Positions 13,791 to 27,189 of a stretch of 64,000 nucleotides of DNA are shown here, one piece after another. The stretch is from Rhynchocyon petersi (taxonomy: Eukaryota): positions 22,174,880 through 22,238,879 of the forward strand of contig CM091797.1 of assembly GCA_043290085.1 (NCBI GenBank), written 5' to 3'. The first letter of the stretch is position 1. Each line of letters begins with the position of its first letter. The position numbers were made by a program, and so were the translations under genes. The notes beneath the pieces were generated by a model. That model did not search any database and was not told the DNA's origin. It worked only from the letters and a program-made list of their open reading frames with translations.

Positions 13791-13859
13791 TTAAAAAGCC
13801 ATTTTTTCCACCAACCTTACTTTTGTTTTAGAAGAGTTCTCATGAAAACTTTTATTAGC

Positions 13860-13995
13860 ACTGATCTAGTGTTAAGTGGATGTGCTGAGAACCCAAAGGC
13901 ATGCAGTTCAAATCCACAAGCTGCTCCACGGGAGAAAGAGTGTTGCCAACTCCCTCTGACAAGCTGCCAGAGGGTCTGCTATGAGTCAGTCCCAC
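13860..13995 (+). mobile_element. tRNA-derived SINE fragment
   Basis: '...aacccaaaggcatgcagttcaaatccacaagctgctccacgggagaaagagtg...gggtctgctatgagtcagtcccacctcaac'. Confidence 0.45.
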
Positions 13996-14098
13996 CTCAA
14001 CAGTAATTATATACATATATATACGTATATATACGTGTGTGTATATATATATACACATATATACATATACATACATACATACATATACATACATATAT

Positions 14099-14142
<44 letters not shown>

Positions 14143-14155
14143 ATATATATATATA
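13996..14155. repeat. Compound microsatellite (TA)n/(CATA)n/(CA)n
   Basis: 'atatacatatatacgtgtgtgtatatatat...acacacacacacacac'. The 'ORFs' 13855-14271 and 13981-14287 are low-complexity artefacts. Confidence 0.9.
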
Positions 14156-14164
14156 GCATCAGGG

Positions 14165-15300
14165 ACATCATCACATATGTCAGATGGATTCTGGCTCAAA
14201 GTAAAGAATACCAGAAGAATGTATATCTGTGCTTCATTGACTAAACAAAGGCATTTGATTGTGTCGATCACAACAAACTATGGCTAACCTTGAGAAGACA
14301 GGAATCCCAGAACACTTGATCATGCTCATGCGAAATCTATACCTAGACTAAGAACAGAGCACAGGAGTACTGCATGGTTCAAGGTCAAAAAGGGTGTGCC
14401 TCAGGGCTGCATCCTGTCCCCATACCTATTCAATCTGTACGTGGAGCAGATTATTTGCGAAGCAGGACTCTACGAAAAAGAGTCATCAGGATTGGAGGAA
14501 GGTGCATCAACAATGTGCGATATGCAGATGACACAACATTGCTTGCTGAAAGTGAGGAAGACTTGAAGACTCTGCTGTAGAAACTCAAGGAATGCAGTCT
14601 GAAATACGGATTACAGCTGAACCTCAGGAAAAACCAAGATCCTAAACCACAGGGCCAATAGGAGAAATCATAGCTGATGGAGAGCAAATTGAAACTGTCA
14701 GTGATTTTATATTGCTTGGATCCACAGTCAACACCCTTGGCACCAGGAGTCATGCGATCAGAAGACGTATCACATTGGGAAAGGTTGCACACAGAGACCG
14801 TTCCGAGATTCTGAAGAGTAATGATGTCAATCTGAAGACAAAGGTGCATCTGATCCAAACTATGGTCTTCTCAATTACTACACATGCATTGAAAGTTGGA
14901 CGATGACTAGGGACGACAGGAGGATTGTTGCTTTTGAGCTGTGGTGTTGGAGAACAGTGCTCCATATTCCATGGATGGACAGGAAGACAAACAAATATGT
15001 CCTAGAGAGGGTCCAACCAGAGTGCTCCTTGGAGGCAAGGGTGGTGATGAAGCTCCACCTCACGTACTTTGCACATGTTGCTAGAAGGAACCAGTCCCTG
15101 GAGAAGAACATCATGTTTGGGAAGGTAGAGGGTAGGAGAAGGAGAGGCAAATCCAAGACAGTTGGACACACAGTTACTGCAGCGATGGGCGCGAGTGTGT
15201 CGGGGTTGGTGAGGATGGCACAGGAAAGGGGACATTTCAGGTTTGTGGTTCATAACGTCGCTATGGGTCGCCCTCAACTCCATGGCACATAACAACAATA
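14165..15300 (+). mobile_element. RTE/BovB 3' fragment, decayed
   Basis: ORFs 14374-14580 and 14903-15292 are paralogous to the RTE RT C-terminus (YADDTTLLAESEEDLK..., FELWCWRTVL...). Tail '...ccatggcacataacaacaataac'. Confidence 0.75.
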
Positions 15301-15372
15301 ACATACACACACATATACATACACACACACATACATATATATACACACACACATATATATACATATACATAT
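15301..15372. repeat. (CA/TA)n microsatellite between two tail-to-tail RTE copies
   Basis: 'acatacacacacatatacatacacacacacatacatatatatac...'. Confidence 0.85.
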
Positions 15373-18300
15373 TTGATATGTGCCATCGAGTCAAAGATGA
15401 CTCACAGCGACCCTATGAACCGCAGCTATAAAATGCGCACTATCCTCTGCCATCCTCAACATCTCCGACACACCTGCACCCATCACTGCAATAACAATGT
15501 CCATCCATCTAGTCGAGGATCTGCCCCTTACTCTTTTACCCTCCACCATTCCAAACACGATGTCCTTCTCAGGGATTGGCCTCTCCTAGCAACATGTCCA
15601 AAATATGTGAGGCAGAGCTTCGCCACCCTTGCCTCCAAGGAGCACTCCGGTTGGATCCTCTCCAGGACATATTTGTTTGTTTTCTTGGCCATCCATGGGA
15701 TATTGAGAACTCTTCTCCAACACCACAGCTCAAAGGCATCAAATGTTCTTCCATTGTCCCTAGTCATCGCCCAACTTTCAGATGCATTTGGATCTGATGC
15801 ACCTTTGTATTCAGACTGACATCCTTACTCTTCAGGGTCTTAGCGAGGTCTCTAAGAGCAGCCTTTCCCAATGTGATACATCTTGTCACCTCTTGACTGC
15901 TGGTGCCAAGGGTGTTGACTGTGGATCCAAGTAATATAAAATCACTGACAGTTTCAATTTTTCTCTCCATCAATTATGATATCCCCTACTGGCCTTGTGG
16001 TAAGGATCTTGGTTTTCCTGAGATTCAGCTGCAAACCATAATGCAAACTGCAATCCTTGAGTTTTTGCAGCAGAGCCTTCAAGTCTTCTTCACTTTCAGC
16101 AAGCAAAATTTTATCATCTGCATATCGCAAGTTGTTGATGCACCTTCCTCCAATCCTGATGCCACATTCTGAGTAGAGTCCTGCTTCCCAGATAATCCAC
16201 TCTGCATAGATTGAATAGGTATGGGGACAGGATATAGCCCTGATGCACGCCTTTCCTGACCTTGAACCATGCAGTGTTCACATACTCTGTTCCTACGAAA
16301 GTTTCTTGATCTACATATAGATTTCGCATGAGTACAATCAAGTGTTCTGGAATTCCCATCTTCCTCAGTGTTACCCATAGTTTGTTGTAATCCACACAAT
16401 CAAATGCCTTTGCATATTCAATGAAACGCAGGTATACATTTGTCCCTGGTGCCCCGGTCCCTTCTGAAACCAGCCTGACTTTCTAGCAGTTCTCTCTCAA
16501 TGTACTGCTCCAGTCATTTTTTTAATAACCTTCAACAGAATTTTGCTTGCATGTGTTATCAGTGATACTGTTTGGTAGTTTCCACTTTCTTTGGGATCCC
16601 CTTTTTTAGGGATTGAGACAAATATGGATCTTTTCCAATCAGTTGACCAGGTGGTTGGTTGTCCCCAGATTTCTTGGCACAGCTTGGTGAGCACATCTAG
16701 GGCTGCACCAGTTTGTTCAAACAAGTCAATAGGGATGCCATCAATTCCAGGGGTCTTGTTATTTGCCAATGTCTTCAGTGCTGCTTCAACTTCCTCCCTC
16801 ATTACTGTGGGTTCTTGTACATAGTCTACTTCCTGAAATACTTCTGTGCCATTCAGATCCTTTTCGTACAGTGACTCTGTGTATACCTTCCATCTTCTTT
16901 TGATGCTCCTTGGGTCATTCAATATTTTGCCAGCAATGTCTTTTAGTAGTGCTAGTCGAAGCTTGAATTTGTTCTTCAGCTCTTTCAGCTTGAGAAATAC
17001 TGAATGGGTTCTTCCTTTCTTATTTTCCAGCCCCATTTCTTAGCATATTTCATTATAATACCTTGCTTTGTCTTCACGAGTGGCCCTTTGAAATTTTCCA
17101 TTCAGAGCTCTTGCATCTTGTCTACCTTTTGCTTTATTTAGCCTCTCGCCACTCTACTGCAATCTTCAGAGTTTCTCTGGACATCCATTTTGGTCTCTTC
17201 TTCCTTCACTGTCTTTGCAATGATCTTCTGCTTTCTTCATGGATGAGCTACTTGGTGTACTCCCCCAGCTCATCTGGTCTTCATTCATTAGTGTTCAATG
17301 CCTCAAACCTACTCCTGAGGTGGTTTTAGAATTCTGGTGGGATAGCCTGGAGGTCATATTTTGGTTGTTGTGGGACTATTTTGGTTTTCTTTGGTTTTAG
17401 TATGAATTTGCACATAGTAGTTGATGATCTGTTCCACAATCAGCTCCTGGCCTGGTTTTGACTGCTGCTATTGAGCTTCTCCATCTGTGTCTTCCACAGA
17501 TATATTCAATCTGGTTCCTATGCAGCCCATCAGGTGCTTTTCAGGTGTATAGTCTCCATTTGTGTCTTTTGAAGATGTCTGGAATGAATAAATCATTTCT
17601 TGTTCAAAATTCAACCATTCTATCTTCAGCTTAATTTCTCTCGCCAAGCCCATACTTTCCAACAACCATTTCTTCCTCTGTTTCCAATTTTTGCATTCCA
17701 GTCGCCAATTATGAGCAGTGCATCTTGATTGCAAGTTTGATAAATTTCAGCCTGCAGGTGGTGGTGGACCATCGAGTCGTGAATGACTCATTTTAACCCT
17801 CCGGAGGGTTTCCAGAGGCAGTATCTCACACGGAAGTAGAAACCACTCTTTCTCCCGCGGAGCAGCTGGCAGGTTTGAACCGTGTGCCTTTGGGCTTGCA
17901 GTGCTGCTCTTTCACCACTAGGCCATACCAGCTGCCCCAATTTCCTAAATTTTGGCCTCAGCTGTGGGTGCATACACTTGGATTATGGTTGCACTGACAG
18001 GCTTTCCTTGTATGTATATGCTTAATATTCTGTCATTCACAGCATTATATTTCAAGATTGAGTTTGAGTTGGTTTTTTTGACAATAAATGCAACACCATT
18101 TTTCCACAACTCTTCATTCCCAGAATAGATCCTGTGATTGTCTGAGTCAAAGGGGCTGATGCCAGTCCATCTCAGTTCACTGACTCCTAGAATGTCAATA
18201 CCTATCCGCTCCATTTCATTTTTTACAACCTCCATCTTTCCTATATTCATGCTTCATACATTCCAGGTTCCAATCTTTATTGGGTGCTTGTTGTTGTTCC

Positions 18301-18415
18301 TCCCATATTCTTTCCTCTCTGCTATCTAGAAGAACTCTGCTCTTGTTCATAGGGTTTCCAAAGGCCTCTTTATTTCAGAAGTGGATGGTCAATCCTTCTT
18401 CCCAGCCTGTCATAC
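15373..18415 (-). mobile_element. Near full-length RTE/BovB element, decayed, carrying a SINE insertion
   Basis: Minus-strand ORF pieces 15528-15767, 15764-15973, 16079-16399, 16497-17036 (RT N-terminal part) and 17945-18250 (endonuclease N-terminus 'ELRWTG'). The 5'UTR is similar to the intact copy at 60775-60925. The tail is 'tgtgccatcgagtcaaagatgactcacagcgaccc'. Confidence 0.8.
17757..17936 (-). mobile_element. tRNA-derived SINE, type A, inserted into the RTE
   Basis: 'ggaccatcgagtcgtgaatgactcat...ccactaggccataccagctgcc'. Confidence 0.75.
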
Positions 18416-18439
18416 ACTGTCAGTCCCACTGAGGCCTGG

Positions 18440-18540
18440 CCACCACAAGATACAGACATACATATATACATACATATATATACACACATATATACACACA
18501 CAAATATACATATATATAAATAAATTTGATTTATTTTATT
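18440..18540. repeat. (ATAC/ATAT)n microsatellite
   Basis: 'acatacatatatacatacatatatatacacacatatatacacacacaaatatacatatatataaataaa'. Confidence 0.85.
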
Positions 18541-18721
18541 ATTATTTTCAACTAATTCCCCAGTCTTTTTGTTTTTTCTAAGTTTATTTAATATTTAATA
18601 ACAATTTTTCAACACCTTTTCCCCATTAAATTCCCACAGTACCTTGTCTATTCTTTACCATCCCTTCATTCATTCACTAGTATCTGTTGTACTGATATTT
18701 CCAACTCTCCCACCCCTTCGA

Positions 18722-18945
18722 ACAGCTGGCGTGTCCTAGTGGTAAAGGAGCTGCGCTGCCAACCCAAAGGCACACGGTTCAAATCCACCAGCTGCTCCAC
18801 GGGAGAGTGGCTTCCACTCCCGTGCGAGATACTGCCTACGGCAACCCTCAGAAGGATCACAATGAGTCGTTCAGGACTCGACGGTACCCCACACCACCAC
18901 CACCACCACCCCCACCCCCCACCCCTTCTCCCCACCTTCTGCCCT
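18722..18945 (+). mobile_element. tRNA-derived SINE, type A variant (18722-18888), followed by a (CCA)n/C-rich simple repeat
   Basis: 'cagctggcgtgtcctagtggtaaaggagctgcgctgccaacccaaaggcacacggttcaaatccaccagctgctcc...ggactcgacggtac', then 'cccacaccaccaccaccaccacccccacccccc'. Confidence 0.7.
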
Positions 18946-19324
18946 TCTCCACCCCATATGAGCAGCTATACATATACAGTTCTAAGGTGCTAATAGCAAT
19001 ATCCATTGTCCTTTTGTCTTTTGTTCCCAAATTTATCCTTCTCCTCATCCACCTCAGTGGTCATTGTACATTCCATTTATGTTCTCCCCATATTTTAAAC
19101 TAATTTTTAAACTTCCCAGCTTTAAGTTCTAATATAGTAAGCATTGATATATACAAACCCTATTAACAAAAGCTCTTTGATGTCTTCTATATCTGAAGAG
19201 TATTATAGGGTCCTGAGGCCAAAATTTTTGGAAAACCACTGTTCTGAAGCAAACTGTTCATTATTAAATGGAGCTATTTCTTACACTAATATCTGATTAA
19301 TATTCATATGGTTGTTTTTGTTGT

Positions 19325-19890
19325 TGTTAGGTACTGTCAAGTTGTGACTGACTCATAGCTGATCCTCCAGCGGGTTTTCAGAGGCATTATATCGCACAGG
19401 AGCTGATGCCACTTTTCCCCACGGAGTAGCTGGTAGATTCAAACTGCGTGCCCTTGGGTCGGCAGTGCAGCTCCTTACCACTAGGCCACCAGAGCTCCTA
19501 TATTCATATTGCTAAAATATATAGATTTCTTACATTAATAGTTTCACCTATGCCCTGTAGAAGTGGCATCAACTCCTGTGCAAGTCACCGCCTCTGACAG
19601 CCCGCCTGCGGGTCAGCTATGAGTCGGTCCCAACTCAATGGTACTTAACAACATCTCTCTACCCTAGTGCTATTTCTACCTTAATATTATTATTATTATA
19701 TAGTTGTTGTTATTGTTATTATTAGGTACCATCGAGTTGGGACCCACTCATAGCTGACCCAGTGGCAGGTTTACAAAGGCAGGAAATCGCACAGGAGCTG
19801 ACACCACGCTTTCTCCTGCATAGCAGCTGGGAGATTTGAACTGCACGCCTTTGGGTTGGGAGCACATCTACTTACCACTAAGCCACCAGT
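19325..19890 (-). mobile_element. Cluster of three type-B SINE copies (19325-19500 minus strand, 19555-19655 plus-strand tail fragment, 19705-19890 minus strand) separated by a (TTA/GTT)n simple repeat
   Basis: Each minus-strand copy begins with 'ttgttgttaggtac...gactcatagctga' and ends with 'ccactaggccaccagagctcc'. Confidence 0.6.
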
Positions 19891-20839
19891 GCTCCCTATT
19901 ATTATTTATTGGGTTTAATTATTCTTTTTTATGTATTCCATAAGAAAACCAGTACCATTCACTGTCTTGAGGTATGTCTCTATACTCACCAAGATAAACA
20001 GTCCAATTCCCTAACCCACTCTTGATCTGTTACACTGACCCCCACTCCCTGGTCCCCAGCCAATCTCACTCCACAGATTTATTTGCCAATGTCTTCTCTT
20101 CTTTGTGTGATCAATGTGTAGCACAGTCTCTGAACACAACAGGAACTCTCCTGAATCATAAACTGTGGAACAGAGACCACTAGTATTTTTATCAGATGTG
20201 ATAGATCATGACTAATATTTTTCTAAATTACATGGAATAGATTAAGTCAAATAGAAGATATCCTTACTACAGGCCAGGCCACTAACAGCCTGGTTTATGA
20301 AATTTCTGTTTCATTGTGAATCATGATGTAAAATGTTTTTGTTACTATGGAGTATAGTCAAAAGCTTTCAAAGCTACTCCTCTAGATCATATTTCAACAG
20401 TTCTTTTTTGCCCCCAGTAAGCAAGCACAACATGCAGTTAATTCTCCCAGCGTACAACAAAAGAAAACCATCATCTACAACCACAAACTAGTTCTGGTAA
20501 CAGCTGCTACACATGTTTACCTTTATAACTCCGAGGAGTGCTTCATGCGTCAGGCAGCGAACAATAGCCCTGATACAGATTTGACAACTGCTGGACCTTT
20601 TCCATTCTTTTCTCTCTTTCAAATTAAATAAATGTCAATGTGTTTAAGCTGGAACACAAACTCCAGACCATCACAGGCCCTCCTTGTCCTAATTACACTA
20701 CAACACCCCACACATATGTGCCTGGATGCCAAGAGACTGGAGTTTGAAGGCCAGGATAGAGGGAGAAATAGATAATCAGGCAACCAAAGGTAAGCAAGTT
20801 ATTCAATGCGACATCACTTTAAATGGGGAAGGCCTAAGT

Positions 20840-20960
20840 GAGCAGTATTACCTGGGAGTGCGTGCTGGCCAGACACCAGGGTGAGCAGCTTCTCTTGTTC
20901 TTCCATGAGCCTTTGCAGCTCTTCTAACTGTTGCCTCTTCAGTTGTTCCTGCTTTTTCTG
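20840..20960 (-). CDS. Candidate internal coding exon of a minus-strand host gene (coiled-coil peptide ...[41 protein letters not shown])
   Basis: Open minus-strand frame bounded by an acceptor-like '...ttttatgcttccaaag|' (near 20960) and a consensus donor 'CAG|gtaata' (near 20840). Lies in unique, non-repeat sequence. Confidence 0.35.
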
Positions 20961-21454
20961 TTGTACTTCTTTTAGCTTTGGAAGCATAAAAATATATTAA
21001 CATTGTATTTCTTCACAGACCCTTGTTCCCCACATTTCTCTTTACCCCTCACAACACATATCTTTGTATCTTTGAAATAAAATCATTCCAAAGAAGGATT
21101 TCCTAAGTAACTAACTGCTACGCAAATCCTAAAATCCTCTCTCAAGTAAAGGAAACTGTATCCGTTACCTCAACTAAGAAATACAAACGGTTGCATCAAT
21201 CATTTGATTCTTAAAGGAAGGTAAAAAACATGATCATCAGCTTCCACGCTCCCCAATACCTGATTTCAAATTTCAGAGCATCTTCAAGATTTCTATCTCG
21301 AATATGAAAAAGTTTAATGCTTCATATTAGACAAAGGACAAAAATTGGATAGCAGAGTAAGGGAGAAGAAACAGGAGCACCTGGAGTAAGTAGCTGGATT
21401 TCTGACACAAACAGAAACCCGCAACGACACAAATAGATCAGGTAATCCTGCGCT

Positions 21455-21950
21455 ACCTGTTCAAGTTTTTTAAAAAGTGGGTCTTTGTAAGCAGTTTCTT
21501 TTAATTCACTTGGCGGATCAGGGATGAAGTACGTTTTGTTCTCTTCCCAGTGTCCAGGGACATCCTGACATGTCACTATTTGTGGTCCCCTTTTGGTTAC
21601 AGAGAAGACTGGCTGCGTTCTGGATGTATCGGACTGTAATTTGTAACAGCTATCAGACCCCAACTTCTGTTCTTCCTGAAGTGAATCTTCATCACTTGTG
21701 AAGCTGAAGCTATTTGAAAAGTGGGGAGCTTTAATAGGAAAACTTGTAGAGAGGGTCACAGCTGCTTGAGTCTCTCCTCCTGCATCACTTTCCAAAACGG
21801 GAAACCCACGGTTTAGTATGACCCCAGCCCGAGCAGGACTGGCCATCCACTCGGTTAAGAAGTTCTGCCCACTGCTTAATTCTGAAGAGGTTGGCATCAG
21901 GAACATTTTCTAGTCCAAGGACACTGTTCCGGTAAAATGGTACAAAACTA
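21455..21950 (-). CDS. Candidate large coding exon of a minus-strand host gene (part of the 194-aa open frame 21322-21906)
   Basis: An ~580-nt stop-free frame in unique, moderately AT-rich DNA. It ends in '...LFKKLEQ' at the donor-like 'AACAG|gtagcg' (~21455). Possible acceptor 'ttttaccggaacag|' near 21940. No similarity to TE proteins. Confidence 0.4.
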
Positions 21951-22199
21951 GAAGAGCTATTAATTTCCACACCTGTAGACAGAACATAGCCAAGAAAAAA
22001 ACATTAGTTAAGGGTATTACATATTCTACTCCAAATAAGCCCAAACCAAAACAGAATGAAAAAATGATAAATATGTCATAGTGTAAAAGACACTAACCAA
22101 CAAAGCAAATGGGTATTTAAGTTACTATATTTTTAAAATTTTTAAGTATCCTAACTGAGTAGTTCAAATAACCAAAGAGCCACCAAACAAGAGTTTAGC

Positions 22200-22940
22200 T
22201 TACCAACAACAATTGCAAAGTTTAATAGACCTGCAAGCCATAAATGCTGGTGAGGTGTGGAGAGACTGGAAAGCTCATTCAATGCTGGTGGGAATCCAAA
22301 ATGGTACAACCATTATGGAGGGCAGTCTGATGCCTTCTCAAAAAACTAAATCTGGAAATACCATTTGACCCAGCTATCCCCTTCTGGGAGTCAATCCCAA
22401 AGAAAACAAAAGGGGCACGCAAATGGGTATATGGACACCTATGTTCACTGCAGCACTGTCCACAATATCAAGATGCTGGAAGCGGCCCAAATGCCCACTG
22501 ACAAATGAATGGGAGGAAAAGCTGCCGTACACCCACACAATGGAATACTATGCAGCACAAAAAACAATGACCAAGTCTTCGAACACAATATGGGAGAGGT
22601 TAGAGGACATTATGCTGAGCAAACTATCCCAGTCACAAAAGGACAAATAGTGTATAGGTCCACTATTATGAAAAAGCGGGGTGGGAGAGAAATAGGGGTG
22701 GGGGAAGGGATGAACAGAGTTGGAGTAAAAAAGAAAATTTAACTCTAGTGGTGAGATGGGAAGGCCAGAGAGGAAGAGGGAGGAGGAGATATGGTAGATG
22801 GGTGGGCTGGATGAAGGGAAAAGAGGAAGAGCATTGTTCAGTATGGGGATTACCTATTCTAATCAACTAAACTATGTATTCTAATGTAATGAAAAGTATA
22901 CAATTATGACTTAAAAAATAATTTTTTAAAGTTTCTCTTA
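22200..22940 (+). mobile_element. Ancient L1 3' end fragment (ORF2 C-terminus and 3'UTR)
   Basis: ORFs 22423-22650 etc.: '...[27 protein letters not shown]...[16 protein letters not shown]', diverged from the young L1s. Confidence 0.6.
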
Positions 22941-24147
22941 AACAGGTTTTTAAAAAACAAACAAAAAACTGCCTTGCAGTTATGCTAATAATCAGCTAGT
23001 TTAAGACCTAGCTAATTAGGACCAATTTGATAACAGCAACTTAAAGATTGATTAGCCAAGAACATGAGGAGGTCAGGGGATATATATCTTAAAGTGGGAG
23101 GAACACATAAAAGGAAAGGAAATGGTTGTACAACTTTCAAATGTAATCAACAGCACAGAAACATACAGACAAAAACTGCTCAGTTGTATGGTTTTATTGG
23201 GCACGTGTTCAGCAAAACCAAAAATTTTTCAATTATAAAAAAAAAATACAAAACCACCCTACTAAGATCTCTTCTATCCTATCAATCAATAACTAACGAT
23301 TTTTTTAAATAAATGAGAGGAATCAGTTGACCCAAAACTATAGGAGCTAAACTACCATCTAAGTTATTTAATTACAAAAAGCAGCAGCAGCAGTATCAGA
23401 TATTACCCATGTGAAAAAGCACTTTCATGCTTATATCCTCTGTCTACCATTGCTTCTTAGCCAAGTTAAAGGACCCTATGTTCCCCATGGTTTCAGAAAA
23501 AAGTCATCTTGCCACCCAGCAAGGAGTTACTGCTTTAAGAGTGACAGAGAGCATTCTTTATCGCGATCTAGGTGGTCATTACGATGACATAGATAATTGG
23601 GCAGCACACATAAGAGTGCTGCTTTTTATTGGATATGTTATTCCCGAATAATTTTTCTGATGGAAAGTTTATAAATCATATTGGTTTTTTATTTGCTCAT
23701 TCACACACATTTTGTTATATTATTGTTAAACTTACATTTGATGATTTCTGTACATTTTTCTAACACTCCTTACAATAGATTAAATTATTCATTAAAATAG
23801 GTGATTAATACATCACATATTGCCTTTTCCTTCACCTGTTTACTAATTTTCATTCCTCTCACCCTCCATGCCCATCAATTGGTAACCATTGCCAAATCAA
23901 AAACATTTTTTGCCCCTTCTGTTTCTGTTCATCCCTTCTCCTACCCACTTTTACTCTGCCTGCTCACCCCACGTTCACACCATGGTCTATATTCCTAAGT
24001 AATTTTTTTAACCTCTTTTATAAAAACTAATTCACTCAGAGAACGAGAACTGGAAGCATTTGATGCAGAACAAAGGTCACAGCCTTCAATACAGATTACA
24101 TCTCAACGCGAAGAAGATAACAAAAACCTTCACCACTTGTCAACATC

Positions 24148-25660
24148 ATGATTGTTGTTGTTATGTGCCATCCAGTTGAGGATGACTCATAGTGACCCTA
24201 TAAACAGCAGACCTGAAATGCTCCCTATCCTGGGCCATCCTCACCATCTCCGAAATACTCCCACCCATCACTGTAGTGACTGTGTCTGTCCATCTAGTTG
24301 AGGGTCTGCCTCTCCTTCTCCGACACTCCACCTTACCAAGCATGATGTCCTTCTCCAGGGACCGCCCTCTCCTAACAACATGTCCAAAATATGTAAGGTG
24401 AAGCTTCACTACCTTTGCCTCCAAGGAGCACTCCGGTTGGACTTTCTCTAGGACATACTTGTTTGTTTTCTTGGCTATCCATGGAATGTTGAGCACTCTT
24501 CTCCAACACCACAGTTCAAAGGCATCAATAATTCTTCTGTCATCCCTAGTCATCGTCCAACTCTCAGATGCATGGCTAGTGATTGAGAAGACTATGGTTT
24601 GGACCAGGTGCACCTTTGTCTTCAGACTAACATCATTGCTCCTCAGCACTTTGAAAAGGTCCCTAAAAGCAGACTTTCCCAATGTGATGCCTCTTCTGGT
24701 CTCTTAGCTGCTGGTGTCCAGGGTATTGACAGTGGATCCAAGCCAAGACCAAGTCACTGACAACTTCAATCCTTTCTCAATCAATAGTGACGTCCCCCAC
24801 TAGCCCCGTGTTAAGGATCTTGGTTTTCCTGAGATTTAGCCGCAAAATCCATATTGCAGACTGCAGGCTTTGAGCTTCTGCAGCAGAGCTTTCAAGTCTT
24901 CTTCACTTTCAGCAAGCAAAGTTGTATCATCTGCATATCTCAAGTTGTTGATGCATCCTCCTCCAATCCTGATGCCATGCTCCTCCTCAGAGAGTCCTGC
25001 TTCCCTGATAATCTGCTCTGCATAGAGATTGAATAGGTATGGGGATAGGATACGGGCGTGCGTCAATATTGAAGGTGTCACTATTTCCATTAATTCAGAT
25101 CTACAATCAACACTCATAGTACAGAAGTCCAAGAAATCCAAAGAGCTGTTGAATGAAAAACCTGCTGTCAAGGATGTCCCCAAAGTGCTGAAGAGAATGA
25201 TGTCAGTTTAAAGACTAAGGTACACCTGATCCAAGCTAAGTTTTTTTTCAATTGCTTCCTATGCATCTGGAAGTTGGACAGTGAACACGATGACAAAAGA
25301 ATGGAGGTCTTTGAATTGTGGTGTCAGAGAAAAGAGTACTTTAATGTCCTATGGACTGACAAAAGAACAAGTCTGTCTTGGAGGACTTGCAAACAGAATG
25401 TTCCTTTAAGAATGTTGAAACTTCATCTCACATATTTTGAGCATATTGTCAAGAGGGACCAATCCTTAGAGAAAGAAAGGGATCATGCAGGAAAAGGTGG
25501 AGGGTGAAAGAAAGAGAAGACGACCCTCAACGAGATGGGTTGACATACTGACTTTAACAATGAGCTCAAGCATACCAAAGATCATGAGGATGGCACAGGA
25601 GACAGCCAGGTCCTATTATTCACAGGGAGGCTATGAGTCAAAGTCAACTCAAATGCACTT
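24148..25660. mobile_element. Two abutting RTE/BovB 3' fragments in opposite orientation (24148-25060 minus, ~25060-25660 plus)
   Basis: Minus-strand ORF 24161-24682 (173 aa) matches the RTE C-terminus (FELWCWRRVLNIPW...HPQLDGT). Plus-strand ORFs 25274-25709 are an older RTE C-terminal region. Confidence 0.7.
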
Positions 25661-27189
25661 AATAACAATTGAAATTCTTTCTCAGTTGGAAGTCTATATA
25701 AAAAGGTAACACCTTTTCAACAAAATCCACCAGGTAACCTTGGTCTAATGGCAATGAGCTTATGAAATCCATATTTAAGAAAGAAACAAGCTAAAAGTAA
25801 TTTTTATTCTATCAAAAGCTGTAACAGATTCCCTTTAAGATTAAGGACAAGTGCCCACACCACTGCTACTGAATATAGTAATGGAATTTGTAGCCAAAGC
25901 AATTAGATAAGAAAAGATATCTAAGATGTACTTAAATCAAGAAGTAAACTATCCTACGATGATAGAATTCTAATACAAAAAATCCCAGAGTCCATTAAAC
26001 AAGGAAACAAAAAACTGTTAGATACAATAAATGAATTCAACAAATTGGCTAAGTACAAAGTCAACACAAAAAAATCGGTTGGTTTTTATACACCAACCAT
26101 GAACAATCTGCACAAAAAAAATCCAAAACCAAACACCACCACCACCAACAACAACAACAACAAAAAACCCCAAACAATGCCATCTGCAGTAGCACCTAGA
26201 AGAATAAATATAACCAGCAGGTGAAAGAATTACACACTGAAAACGATGAAACACTATGGAAGGAAACTGCAGATCTGAATAAATACAAGACAACCTATCA
26301 GGTTACTGTACTTAAGTGACGTACATATTGCTATAATGCTAGGAGCTATGCCACCTCTATTTCAATTAACAACAGGGTCATCTATGGTGGACAGGTTTCA
26401 GCAAGGCTACTAGACTAAAACAGAATGGAAGACAGGCCTTACTAATCTACTTCTGAAAATTAGTCCCAACTTTACAAACCTTATAGATCAGTACAGAACC
26501 CTTGTTCAATGAGCTTGTTTTAGACACAGCATCCATCAGGAGGTGTCATCACTGGAGGAAGACATCATGTTTGATGAAGTAGAGGACCAGTATAATGGGT
26601 AGGGCTGAGAAGGGCATGTGACCACCACCTCTAACTTCATAAGGGGGTAAAGGAATCACAGGCCAAAGCTGATTGTTCTGAGGCAAAAGTCAGCCACACC
26701 TCTTCTCTCCAACCTTATTTTGACAATTTTGACCCAAGTCATTCCCTCTGTAGCAATCTCAACTTTACTACCGGGTTTAGTAATTCATGACTATTGTCAC
26801 TTAGAACTTGAAGAACATACAGTTATAGGGCTCATTAGGGAAGTAACAGGTTACAATTTAGAATAAGAAACAATTCAGGATACAGTGCCTTTGGTCAAGA
26901 CAGCTTTTCAGATATGAGCCACTGGCCCTGCTCCTGGCCTTCACTCTCTCAGCCTTTCAGCCAATCTGCCCTACCTGGGCAACTGTTACAAAGCTCTTCA
27001 GCTCCAGAGACATGCCTATGGACACCCACGTGTCCAGCAAGCCTCAGCTTGAAGCTCAGCTCTTTTGCTCCACAGATCAGCAAGCACAGCTCTACTGACA
27101 AGTACCCAGAGGTTCCTCACTCCACCAGGAAGCCTCCTGACCAAAGGCACCGAAGGCTGGCATACACTGGAAAGTACTCTGTGGGCTGG

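Noticed and set aside
13855..14287. ORFs of 82-138 aa rich in Y/I/H/T/C
   Set aside because: They are translations of the (TA)n/(CA)n/(CATA)n microsatellite.
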